Below are positions 52,850 to 64,000 of a DNA stretch of 64,000 nt, piece after piece; position 1 is the first letter of the stretch; each line of letters begins with the position of its first letter. Below the pieces are notes generated by a model. It was not told the DNA's origin and searched no databases. It saw only the letters and a list, made by a program, of their open reading frames with translations. Source of the DNA: Azolla caroliniana (Eukaryota > Plantae > Polypodiophyta); the NCBI GenBank assembly GCA_043228905.1, contig JBHGNT010000015.1, forward strand, positions 7,440,001-7,504,000, read 5' to 3'. Both the position numbers and the translations under genes were made by a program.

Positions 52850-53753
52850 CAGAAGACTGATACTTTAACGACGTTTTTTTTTCCGAACATGACGCCCATC
52901 TTCTTTTACAGGACATCCGCTTCTTGTAGAGACTCATGTCTATAAAACAACTTATATATGCAGTCGCCTTTAGATGCAACACTTCCCAGGTCGTTGCATC
53001 AATCTTTCCTGACCTTTTATCTCCAAACTACACTAGCAACCAGTCGTCTTTTGCACACAAGCATGTCCCGCATCGTCGACTTCCACACCAAATAGTTGGA
53101 GCCGTTAAGTTTGAACATGCCGCGGAATGAGTGTTCCATAGCTATGATACAAGTTTGTTAGGATCATGACCGGCCACAACCGATTTCACGTATACTTCTT
53201 TGGGTGCAAAGAACGAGATAAAATGAAAACACATACACATACAGAAAGTGAGAAGGCAGAAAAGACAAGTACAGAGACACCTGATGTTTTACGTGGAAAA
53301 CTTGAAAGGAGAAAACCATGGGGGTCCACGAACCCAGAGAAATAGAATCACTATAATGAGGGAGGAATACAAGGAGACTCGGAGTCAACAACCTCGAGCT
53401 CGTCTTCGTCAAATGATGGCTGCAGAGTTACTCACACTCTTACACACACACTCTCTCTCCTACAAGTTACAGAGGCAACAACCTTGAGCTCTCACTATAA
53501 TATATATCACACATATCTAACTACTTGCGCTAAGTGTATATGTACTCATATACAGAACATACTATTTACAAATATAATCTCAATGGGCACATCTAGACTA
53601 TTCACAAATATAGTCTCCCGAATCGGTTATACAATCGATTCTCAATTTCAATTCTCAAACGAGTCCTATCGGCCTAGGCCAAATTACCCATTGGTTCTAT
53701 CCAATTTGGCTCGTACTCTTCTTTCCATCCGGAGGGACGAGTTTTTCCCAACA
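52850..53753 (-). mobile_element. Tork-like Copia 5' LTR (53156-53753), degenerate PBS and gag N-terminus
   Basis: LTR related to 22697-23236. Minus-strand MEHSFRGMFKLNGSNYLVWKSTMRDML parallels the gag at 62144. Confidence 0.8.
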
Positions 53754-53759
53754 AGCCAC

Positions 53760-54083
53760 ATGTTGACTCGCAATATTTTGTGACCTTCATCAATGACTAT
53801 AGATGGAAGTTGTGGGCTTCTTTACTGAGTTCAGAGCATGCTTGCACATGCAAAACTATCCAAGACATTTTGGTCTAAGGCTCTGATGACGGTGGTCTAC
53901 GTGATAAATAGATCACCGTTGGTACCCTTGGATGGAGATATTCCACACAAGGTGTGGACCGGCAAAGACGTGTCATACCGGCATCTGAGGGTGTTTGGTT
54001 GTTTTGCCTATGTGCATGTTGCAAAGGACCATAGAGGAAAACTAGACCTGAAGACTCAACCATGCATATTCTTGGGATATGGT
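53760..54083 (+). mobile_element. Tork-like Copia integrase fragment
   Basis: MLAHAKLSKTFW...INRSPLVPLDGDIP...LRVFGCFAYVHV...CIFLGYG. Confidence 0.85.
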
Positions 54084-54101
54084 GTCGTGGTGTGTCGTGT
54101 C

Positions 54102-55548
54102 CAGTGTTAGAAAAAGCGAGGTTCCACGCTCATCTCATAAAGTCCAATATAAATGGAAAATAGTAACAATAAAAAACAATTGATAGTTACAGCTTAGTTG
54201 TTAGGCCTACTAAGTATATATAGAGAGGCCTAGAGTTCGAGTCTCTCTTTGTGCAAATCAAGGAATATTTTGTTCCCCTTGATTTTTGCGACAAAGGAAA
54301 TAATAAAAGAATATAATGTTAAAATAGGCACCTCTTTCCTCTATAAGAGAGGACGGATAGGGCTAATTTTGGGGACGCCCATGTTGTCTTCTAGGGGTGT
54401 ACCACTAGGGTCTCATCTTCTCTTCTTCTTTTCCTTATCCCTTTCTCCTTCTTCTTTTCCTTCTAGGGTTAGGGTTTGAGAGCTTCTTCATTACTCCTCA
54501 ACATACTAGAGGACTTAGGATTTTAGGGTTTGTGGGTTTTGCTTCTAGTATTCTACTTCTTACTCGAGATATTTCAGGGTTTGGGTGTCTTAAACAACGA
54601 CTTATTTGGCATCTTAGTGGTGGTAAACTCGGTGGCCGGTAGTGGAACGGAGGTTGTAGTGGCATGAGAGCTACTTTGAATTGAGGCAACATAGCCATAA
54701 GAAATAGTCGAGGTCGGAGCCCATTAGACTCGCCTTTGCAATGAGGTGTACTTGTAACCATACTAATAAAATGAGTTATAATTTATACTTTGACCCATAC
54801 TATATAAGTGGTTCTACGCCCAGTTAAACAATATTAACTTCAATCACATTTTTATGATAAAGAAAAATGAAATAAGTGGTTCTACGCTTTTGTATGCCAA
54901 ACAATATTCATCTTCTACAAAATGGGAACCTGAAGGTGGTTGCGAGTTCCTACTTTGTATGCCGAGTACAATAGTCCATGGAGCTAAACAAATGCCAATT
55001 GAGAAGAATGGACAGTTGCATAGTGACTTGGTAACAAAAACACTTATGGCTCCAAGCCTTAACAGAAAAAAGAAAGCATATTGAGGCCGCAAAGAAATAT
55101 GCCGCACAACAAGACATGTCATGGTGGGATGTATTTTTTAGTGATCAGAAAGGAATTATTGACAATTGTGTATGTGGTGATAATTGGATGACTTCACGCT
55201 TACAAGAGCTGGACGTTTATGGAAGTCAGCAATAGATATAATAAAAGAAAAATTACCAGGTCTACAAGGTGGCTCGAGTCGAAGGAAAACGAGATCTGCT
55301 GCATATAATCTAAAGTCACACCATTTGGTTTATGATGAAGATAATTCATTGATTGGTACATTCGAGGATGACGAGGAAGAATCCTTATTGTATATTAGTT
55401 ATAGTAGTGATTCTCCGTAAAGGAGTGATCATGAATGTATTTTTGGCTATTAAGTGTAACTTCCACTTGTAACAAATCGAGTAATATAAAAGCATGTGTT
55501 TTGAATTCATTTGTTTCCTATGAATATCATTTCTTAGAAAAAACATTG
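54102..55548 (+). mobile_element. Possible decayed hAT-like DNA transposon
   Basis: Starts CAGTGTTAGAAAAAGCG and may end AAACATTG. Telobox-rich promoter-like region, scattered coding-like remnants and an acidic tail. No clear 8-bp TSD. Confidence 0.3.
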
Positions 55549-56060
55549 GTTGTAAAGTTTGTGAAATAAATTGAACCCTAAATGTTTTGAAATTCTTCTT
55601 TATTTATTTATTTTAAAATCATGAAAATGGTGGACTTTCAACCTTTGTCATAGTATATTTGAGAATGTATGATACTGGTATCAATGTGTTTTGGAATATC
55701 ACTGAAAAGTACTAAAATCAAATGGAATATTCCTTATCCTTCCATTTATGCGTGATCCATCCACTTGTGGACGCAAACGTGTTTATGGATATGCCGAGGA
55801 GCTGTTGTATTAGTTTTGAACAGATGCAAGACAATATATGTATATTGTTTCCTTTAATTTTAATACCAATGCAAGATATTTTTTTATGAAAAAAAAGAAA
55901 ACGAAAAAAAGGACTTTTGAACCTTACATAGTCCTTCTCTTCGTAGTTTTCCTTTATTCACTGTCACTTAAATTGGTTGACCACTTTGAGAATATCCTAT
56001 CTACAGTTTTCCAAACTTCATTATGTGGTTTATCACTCCAAATAAATAGATCAACCATTG

Positions 56061-57133
56061 TGTCATGATATAACATGGTATGGTTTCAAAAAGATTTAAA
56101 CCCATGACCTTGTGTCACATGAGTCGAAGCCTTACCATTAAGCTATACAGTGTAATACAAAAAATATTTTTTCCATTTATTTGTCACTTAGGAAATCCAT
56201 GTATATTCTAGATTTCTTTGGAACATTCTAGAAATGACGAGTATTCCTAAGCCACATTTCTAGAGTATTCCTAAGACACTATAAAAAGAGGCACATGGCA
56301 TTATTGAGAACCAAATCGGTTCAACGCCAGTCTTAAGCCTCCTAGCTATTCTTGTATATTCTCTTCATATAATATATATCTTTTGTTATCATCGTTCACT
56401 CTCTCTCTCTCTCTCCAATTGTCTCATGGGCCAATTTTGGCCTTAGAAGACGTTAATATATCTTTCTTTCTTTTCTTTCTCTCTCTCACACTCTCTCTCT
56501 CTCTCTCTCTCTCTCGTCCCGAGAGTTCTTCACCCCTCTTAGTACTAATCCTCATCTTTTAGTACTAATTCCCTCTCTGTCTTAGTATTATTCCTGATAG
56601 TTTGAACCGATTTCGTCCTTCTATCTTCTTACTTATCCCTACTTTCTCTAATACTATGCCAACTGTTAGCGCTCAAGAATATCAATCCGTTTTCTCATAG
56701 TTGCAATGCTTGAAAGAGAAGTTTCTTGCATTGGAACAAGAAAATCAACGACCGTTGGGGGATCTTCAACAAATTTCCTTAGAAAAGCAGCAAACGCAAC
56801 AATAACATGGGGAACTAGCGTTACACATGCAACAACTTGAAGCGACCATTGTAGCGTTGCAACAACAAGGACCAAGTACGCAAGGGATTCATAAAGAACC
56901 CAAGATCGGCCTTCCTATGAAATTCGATGGAACGCGATCACAGTTCAGACGATTCTTTAATCAGGTACGATTAGTCATTCAAATGCATCATTCCCGATAT
57001 CCCACTGATGCATCACGAGTTGGTCTAGTGGGCACGTTCTAAGTGGCTCAGCTTTGGCATGGTTTGATTCGTTGTTAGAAAAGGAATCTCCATTACTAAA
57101 TAATTTTGAGGAATTTATAAGTGAGTTTAAAGA
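56061..57133 (+). mobile_element. Ty3/Gypsy element of the Tcn1/sushi (PEG10-like gag) type: 5' LTR 56061-56599, non-tRNA PBS, decayed gag, cut by a Copia insertion
   Basis: TGTCA...TGATA LTR with TATAAAA at 56280. Gag KEPKIGLPMKFDGTRSQFRRFFNQVRLVIQMHHSRYPTDASRVGLVGTF followed, after a frameshift, by SGSALAWFDSLLEKESPLLNNFEEF. Confidence 0.85.
56602..56613 (+). promoter_or_regulatory. Candidate self-priming site (PBS complementary to the predicted transcript 5' end at 56313-56324)
   Basis: TTGAACCGATTT, 2 nt after the LTR end, is the exact reverse complement of AAATCGGTTCAA, 33 nt downstream of the TATA box. Confidence 0.75.
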
Positions 57134-57459
57134 TGTTGAGATACAAGCTCAACATTGGCCGGATCAGTTGTGCAAGCCGAGAACCGGATTGGTTGGGATC
57201 GATCGGTTAGCCCAGACCGGTGCGTAAATCGGGTGCGCAAACCGGTGCGCAACGAGAAGTCGTAGCGGTACGTAAACCGCAAGGCTGTTGGAAAGATATT
57301 CCGAGTAGGAATATATTTTGGCAGTTAATGTAGAGCTCACTTGAACATTGAAGTACGTATTAGTACTTCTGTCAGTCCATATGGACTTGTATGAAAGTGC
57401 TCACTGAGCACATCCTATGTTCAGACTAAGTATTATTTTTGAATTGAGTTTGTGTGCAT

Positions 57460-57490
<31 letters not shown>

Positions 57491-60400
57491 CGCGTACCGT
57501 GTATATTCAAGCTCTCCATTAAACCTGCGTTTCTGACAATAATATGCAGAATAATGCTCGGCAACAACCAAGACTTCAATCACTTCGTTAGAATCACAAC
57601 CATAGAAGAAATGGGCAATGAAGTTAAATGCACATATACACAGACAATATGAGAGAGAGTACACAATATGTTAACGTGGAAAACCCTGAGAGGGAGAAAC
57701 CACGGGAGCCCACAAACTCCAAACTATCACTATGTCAAGGAATACAACAAGGAGCACAGAGACAATGACCTCTTGCTCTCAACCTTCGCCTAACGGCGGT
57801 TACAGCAGAGACACTCTCTGTATCGTTCTCTCTCTGTTACACTCTGTACAGTAGTTACACCAATAACTCTATACAACAAAAATAACGACAACAACTTATC
57901 ACACTGTTTGCCCTAGGTCATATTTATACTAATATGAATTTCGGGTTATTTACAAATATAGCCCTAGTGGGCTCTCTGGAACATATTTACATATATGTCC
58001 CTTCATCCGGTGAGAGGTTCTTACAAATATAGCCCTAGTGGGCTTGCATCATCTGGTTCTTAATGGGTACTCATCATCCGGTTCTCACCGGGCCTTCATC
58101 ATCCCATCTGGAGGGACCGAAATCCTAACAAACTCCCCCTTCACTACGGCATGGGATGCCTCGTCAATCTGATCTGCGTGCGACATGCGTCGAGCTTGTC
58201 GGGTGTCAACACATTGGTCAGCATGTCCGACTCGTTCTCCTCCATGTGGATCTTCGTCAGCACGAACTCTTGATCTTCAACTCGCTCTCGGATCCAGTGG
58301 TACCTACGCTGGATGTGCTTCATCTTGGAATGATACGCCGTGTTCTTCGTAAGGTGGATGGTGCTTTGACTGTTGCAATAGAGCCGATATTCATGTTGCC
58401 GGATCCCTAGCTCTCCGATGAAGTCCTTCATCCATAATATTTCCTTGTTGGCTTCCACAACTGCCATGTACTCCACTTCCGTGGTTGACAGCGCAACTGT
58501 CTTCTACAGCCTCGACTGCCATGAAACAACTCCCCCCACATATGTCATGACATATCCGGATGTTGACCGGATGGTATTCGCATCAGCCGACATGTCCGAA
58601 TCCGTGAATCCGTCGAGTTGGGGTTTACCTGAGCCGAATTGAAGGGACATACTTGAAGTGCCCTTCAAATACCAGAGTATCTATTTTACCGCATTCCAGT
58701 GCTCCTTGTCGGGATTGCTCATAAACCGGCTCACCACTCCGACTGCGTATCCGATATCCGGTCAGGTACACACCATTGCGTACATTAAGCTCCCGACGGC
58801 CGAGGCATATGGTATCTTTATCATATCCGCCTTCTTTGCCTTCATCTTCGGGCTTTTCTTACCGGATAACCTGCAGTTTGCTGGGAGTGTCGATCCGACC
58901 GGTTTTGCATCTGACATGTTGAACCGTTGAAGCACCTTTGTCACGTACTTCTCCTGTGACTGCCACAATTGCTTCTTTGACTGGTCCCGGATGATATGCA
59001 TCCCCAGTATCTGTCTTGCCGAACCCAAGTCTTTCATTGAGAAAGTCCGGTTAAGGGCTTTCTTCAGCATCCGAATCTTCGATTGGTCCTATTTGACGAT
59101 CAACATGTCTTCCATGTACATGAGGAGTATCAGGAAGTCTCCACATTCAAACCTCTTCACAAACACATAGTGGTCGGCCTGCGTCTTGTGGTATCCTTGA
59201 TCCGTCATGAAGGAGTCAAACTTCTGGTACCATTGTCGGGGAGCCTGCTTCAAACCGTAGAGGCTCTTCTTCAACCGGAAAACTAGGTGGTCCTTCCCTT
59301 TCTTCACAAATCCCTCCGGTTGCTGCATGTAAATCTCCTCTTCGAGGTCGTCGTGGAGGAACGCCGTCTTCACGTCTAACTGCTCTACCTCGAGGTCCAT
59401 GCTTGCCTCTATGCTCAGCACCGTCCGGATGGAAGTCATCTTTACTACCGGGGCAAATATCTCGTCGAAGTCCACACCCTTCTTCTGCTGGAACCCCTTT
59501 ACCACGATCCTGGCTTTGTATCTCGGGGGGTTACCGGCATCTCCCGGTTTCAGCTTGTACACCCACTTATTCCGGAGTGCCCGCGTTCCTTTCGGCAACT
59601 CCACCAATTCATATGTGTGGTTCTCATGCAGGGAATCCATCTCGTCCTACATGGCATTCAACCACTTGTTGCTATGGGTGTCATCCTTCGCTTCTTCGAA
59701 GCTTTCCGGCTCCCCCTCATCTGTTAGCAACACACGTTTGGATCCGGAAATGTCCGGGCGGTCCTTCTCTCTCTGAGAGGATATCTGCGTCTTTGATTTC
59801 CGGCACCTGACTCCTCAGTTTATTCTTCATCCGAATCCGATTTGGGCTCTTGTCTGGTTCCGGTTTCAGCTTCCTCTCCTTCTTCAGCCGGTTCGGTATC
59901 CTCACCGTAACTGGCCGGTTCTTCGAGTGTCAACCGGCTCCTAGCCGGGTAGGTCCAAATCTCATTGAACCGATCCTTACCAGTCGACTCAGAGTTCATT
60001 ATCTTCTTCTTCGACTCCTAGTCGGCAAGGGTCTTGTCCTCCATGAAGATAATATCTCGACTTCGGAAAACCTTCTTGTCGATCGGGTCCCACACTCGGT
60101 AGCCGAACTCATCATCGCCGTATCTGAGGAATATGCATGGCCGGGTCTTTGGATCCAATTTTCCTCTCCGGTCCTTAGCAACATGCACATACGCGAGACA
60201 CCCGAACACCTTCAGGTGCCGATTGGACACTTCCTTACCGGTCCATACTCTCTGCGGCGTGTCTCCATCCAAGGGTACTGAGGGTGACCTGTTTATCACA
60301 TATGTCGTTGTCGATAGTGCCTCAACCCAAAACGTCTTGGGTAACTTTGCATGTGCTAGCATACTCCAGACCCTCTCCATTATGGTTTGGTTCATCCTCT

Positions 60401-63400
60401 CGGCCAACCCGTTTAATTCCGATGTCTTTGGCATGGTAATTCAAGCCGGATTCCCTTCGAGCGGCAATACTCCTCGAACTACCCCCCCCCCCCCCCCCCC
60501 TATTCACCTCCGTTATCTACTCGAACCGCCTTCAGCTTCCGGCCGGTTTCTCTTTCCACTTTCGCATGGAGCTCCTTTAAGACGGATAACACCTGATCCT
60601 TCGTCTTCAGTGGTGTGGCCCACAGCTTCTAGCTGTGGTCATCTATGAACGTCATGAAGTACTGCGATCCGGCATGTGACTTCGTGTCCACTTGACACAC
60701 ATCGGTATGCACCAACTCCAGTGGTGCATTCCATCTGATCGGTGGCCTTGATCGGAAGGAGGTCCGGCTTTGCTTACCAGCCAGGCAGTCGGTGCACCTC
60801 TCAAGATGCACATCCTTAACCAGAATGAGGTTGTTTTCGGCAAGCCTCTTCATCCCCTTCTCACTCATGTGACACAATCTTTTGTGCCATAGCTCACCGG
60901 CAGTGTCGAATGCCACGTTCACTTCTTCCAGGCATAACCAGACATTCATCAGGTACAACGTGTTGACTTTCTGGGCCCAAGCCACTATCAGGCACCCTTT
61001 GCTGAATTTCATGACACCGTTCCGGATGCTACCCGTGTAGCCTTCATCATCTAACTGACCGGCTGACATCCTTCAGCAGCAACTTGCATCCGGTTGGTGT
61101 TGTCAGCCACACGTCTCCTATGCTGACAATTCGGCATGTACCTTCATTCCCCATCCGGACACAGTCGTGCTCACCAGCTGTGTAGGATGAGAAGCATTTC
61201 TAGTCCGGGGTTAGGTGGAACGATGCTCCGAAATCAATAACCCATGTTGTCTCGTCGCCGGCAAGGTTCAACTCACTCTCCTTGGTGATGAGCATCAACT
61301 CTTCTTCACTTGCCACGATTGCTGTTGTTCCCTTCCGGTCCGGTCCCCTCCGGTCTTTACCGTTCCGGTTCGGTGACTGCTTCAAATTGGTACTGTTTGT
61401 TTCCTTTTCTTTCCGGAGATACCGACAGTTCTTCTGGAAGTGCCCCGGCTTCCCACAGTAGAAGCAAGTGGGCCTTCCCCTTGACTTTGACCGTGTCCCC
61501 GACTTTTCCCGGTTCCTTTGTCTTCCGCGTTCCGATTCGGTAAGGAACACTTTGGAGTCGGAGCTCGTATCCTTGTCTTTCCGACGCGCCTCCTCATCTA
61601 GCAAGCTCGACTTGACTCTTGCCAAGGATAAATGTTTCCCTTCCGGCTCGGCGTTGCCCAAAGTGACAACTAATGTCTCCCAGCTATCCGGGAGGGAACC
61701 GAGCAGGACTAATGCTAGTACCTCATCGGCGAGAGGTACTTCCAACGATGTTGCCTGGTGAATCAGCCCCTGGAAGGCATTCATGTGCTCCGCCATGCTG
61801 GAGCCATCTTGGTACCGGAGTCTTACTAGCTTCGGAAATACCGAAACCTGATTAACAACATTTTTGTTCTGAAACATAATGCCGATCTTCTCCCAGAGCT
61901 CATGAGCCTTGCTCTCTTCATTGAAGTTGTTGCATAGGTTCATGTCGATGAAGCGCCGTATGTATGTAGTTGTCTTCATGTGCATCACCTCCCATATCGT
62001 GGCATCGATCTTGTCCGGTCTCTTGTCCTCGAACTGAACCGGGAACCAAAGATCTTTAACCACGAGCATGTCCCTCATCTTCGACTTCCACACTGAGTAG
62101 TTGGAGCCGGTGAGCTTGAACATGCCTCCTAGCGAATCTTCCATTTTCTGTGTCGTTTCGCTTTGATACTAGATTGACAATAATATGCGGAATAATGCTC
62201 GGCAACAACCGAGACTTCAATCACTTCTTTAGAATCACAACCATAGAAGAAATGGGCAATGAAGGTAAATGCACATATACATCGACAATATGAGAGAGAG
62301 TACACAGTATGTTAACGTGCAAAACCCGGAGAGGGTAAAACCACAGGAGCCCACAGACTCCAAAGTATCACTACGCCAAGGAATACAACAGGGAGCACAG
62401 AGACAACAACCTCTTGCTCTCAAGCTTCGCTTGGCGGCGGTTACAGTAGAGACACACTCTCTGTATCGTTCTCTCTCTCTCTCTCTCTATTACGCTCTGT
62501 ACACTAGTTACACCAATAACTCTATACAACAAAAGTAACGACAACAACTTATCACACTGTTTGCCCTAGGTCATATTTATACTAATATGAATTTCGGGTT
62601 ATTTACAAATATAGCCCTCGTGGGCTCTCTGGAACATATTTACATATATGTCCCTTCCTCCGGTGAGAGGTTCTCACTGGGCCTTCATCATCCGGTTCTC
62701 ACCGGGCCTTCATCATCCCATCTGGAGGGACCGAAATCCTAACAGTTTCTGTGTTCGGTTTTCTATTGTTTCTACACGCTGTTCTTTTCACATGGTATCA
62801 GAGCACGAGGGTTGAAAACCTTTGCAGTCGACCTTACTCAAAGAAGAAAACCTAACCTTTGTAAAGAACAGGAAAAACAAAATGGATAGGGGCATGGCTA
62901 GCTCGCTTCCAACAGAGAAGCTCGACAGAAACAACTACACGTCTTGGTCTTACAAGATGCACCAGTACCTTCTCAGGCACGGTGACGGGAGCTATGTCAA
63001 CGGAGCAAATGACACAACACCTGATTCCACACACAAAGACTTCCCGGGTTGGGAACAGTCAGCGAGCAGATTCCTCTACTGCTTCGTGTCTTTGTGGGCG
63101 AACAACTTCTAAGCTACATTCGAGATGCAAAAACGCCGAAAGATGCTTGGGGAAATCTGGAGAAGATTTTTGCTGCAAGCACTAAAGCTAGGAAGCTTCA
63201 ACTCCGATAGGAGTTGAGAAACTTACGACAACGTGACTTGTCATTGGCTGATTACACCTCAAAGATCAAAGAGATATGCGACTCCTTAGCCTCTATCCAT
63301 GTGAACGTCGAGGAAGGCGAGATGGTGCAGAACTGTCTCGGGCGACTGTCGTCGAGGTTCGGAGTGTTCCGAACTACTGTGTGTACACGGGAGAATACAC

Positions 63401-64000
63401 CTTCCTTTTTCGACCTACAATGAATGCTCCTTATAGAGGAGAACCACGTGAGGGTGTCAACGAGCACGCACACTGACAACAAGATGTTGTACACGGAGGG
63501 AGATAGGCCCCGTGGCGGATGAGGCAAGTCAGTGCGCAATGGAGGCGGCCGACGGGACCAAGGAAGAAGGCACCAAAGTGATGTGACAACAATTCTGGAC
63601 CCTCCGGAAACAGGGGGAGTCGAGGCGATGAGAACTGGCAAGGGAAATCCGCCGCAGAATGCTGGTACTGTGGCAAGAAAGGCCACAGGGAGAGCGAGTG
63701 CTGGAAAAAGCACGCCGATTTGGAGAGAACCGGGTCCAGATCAGGTTCCGCATAGACCGACAAAGGAAATCGGCAGCGATAGTAGTACGCCGAAGGATCC
63801 GGAAAAGCCGGAAAAGGATCAGCCTTTGTGACGAGACACGAAGCAAACTCGATGAAGAAGATCACCCCGAAGTCGGACGAGGTGTGGTACGTCGACTCCG
63901 GCGTGTCAAACCACATGACGTGCCACAAGGAGTGGTTCTCATACCTGGAAAAACCGATGCAACCGGGAGTAGTCGCAATCGGAGACAACACTCCGCATTC
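57134..64000 (+). mobile_element. Copia family A element, 5' part: split 5' LTR (57134-57533 and 62750-~62792), PBS, gag, zinc knuckle, protease; runs off the right edge
   Basis: TGTTGAGATACAAGCTCAACA start. PBS TGGTATCAGAGC at 62793-62804. MDRGMASSLPTEKLDRNNY, CWYCGKKGHRESEC, WYVDSGVSNHM. Stops and frameshifts. Confidence 0.9.
57534..62744 (-). mobile_element. Full-length but disrupted Copia (Tnt1/Tork-like) element, 5.2 kb, LTRs 57534-58130 and 62175-62744, TSD GTTTC
   Basis: TSD at 57529-57533 and 62745-62749. Degenerate PBS at 62171-62161; PPT at 58142-58133. Gag-PR-INT-RT-RH order from 62144 to 58144, with stops and frameshifts. Confidence 0.95.

Noticed and set aside
56092-56148. Functional tRNA genes here, at 51699-51759 or at 8622 onward
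   Set aside because: Acceptor and anticodon stems do not pair and the B boxes are decayed. The first two are reported only as tRNA-like modules.
60482-60500. C19 run in the integrase as a programmed frameshift or G4 signal
   Set aside because: It is absent from the homologous integrase at ~48915. Most likely local slippage or a homopolymer error.
58156-61855. Many plus-strand ORFs over the Tork-like element, and similar ones over other TEs
   Set aside because: They are antisense shadows of gag-pol with no independent motifs.

Overview
Eukaryotic land-plant nuclear DNA. The retroelement mix (Tcn1/sushi-like Gypsy gag, RTE-X-like LINEs, this Copia gag type) suggests a fern or other seed-free vascular plant; that is inference. 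There are two intact, convergent host genes at the left. One is an 8-exon plastid-type rhodanese gene (STR8, TrhO/YceA family, 516 aa, + strand, 3542-9620). The other is a 3-exon secreted peptide precursor of the RGF/GLV/CLEL family (172 aa, - strand, 11703-10461) ending in DYHRATTHTPTNN, which the ORF track shows only in pieces. The rest is mostly nested, decayed Copia, Gypsy and LINE elements. The most unusual structures are: (1) an 11.08 kb array of exactly 20 apparently identical 554-bp units, each holding a PPT-like tract and a 342-bp LTR-like box; (2) a Gypsy 5' LTR with a Tf1-type self-priming signal in place of a tRNA PBS; (3) tRNA-like A/B-box modules next to heat-shock elements near the outer end of several LTRs; (4) a ~190-codon in-frame extension of Copia Pol after RNase H, seen in two diverged copies. 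All alignments were done by eye and no database searches were run.
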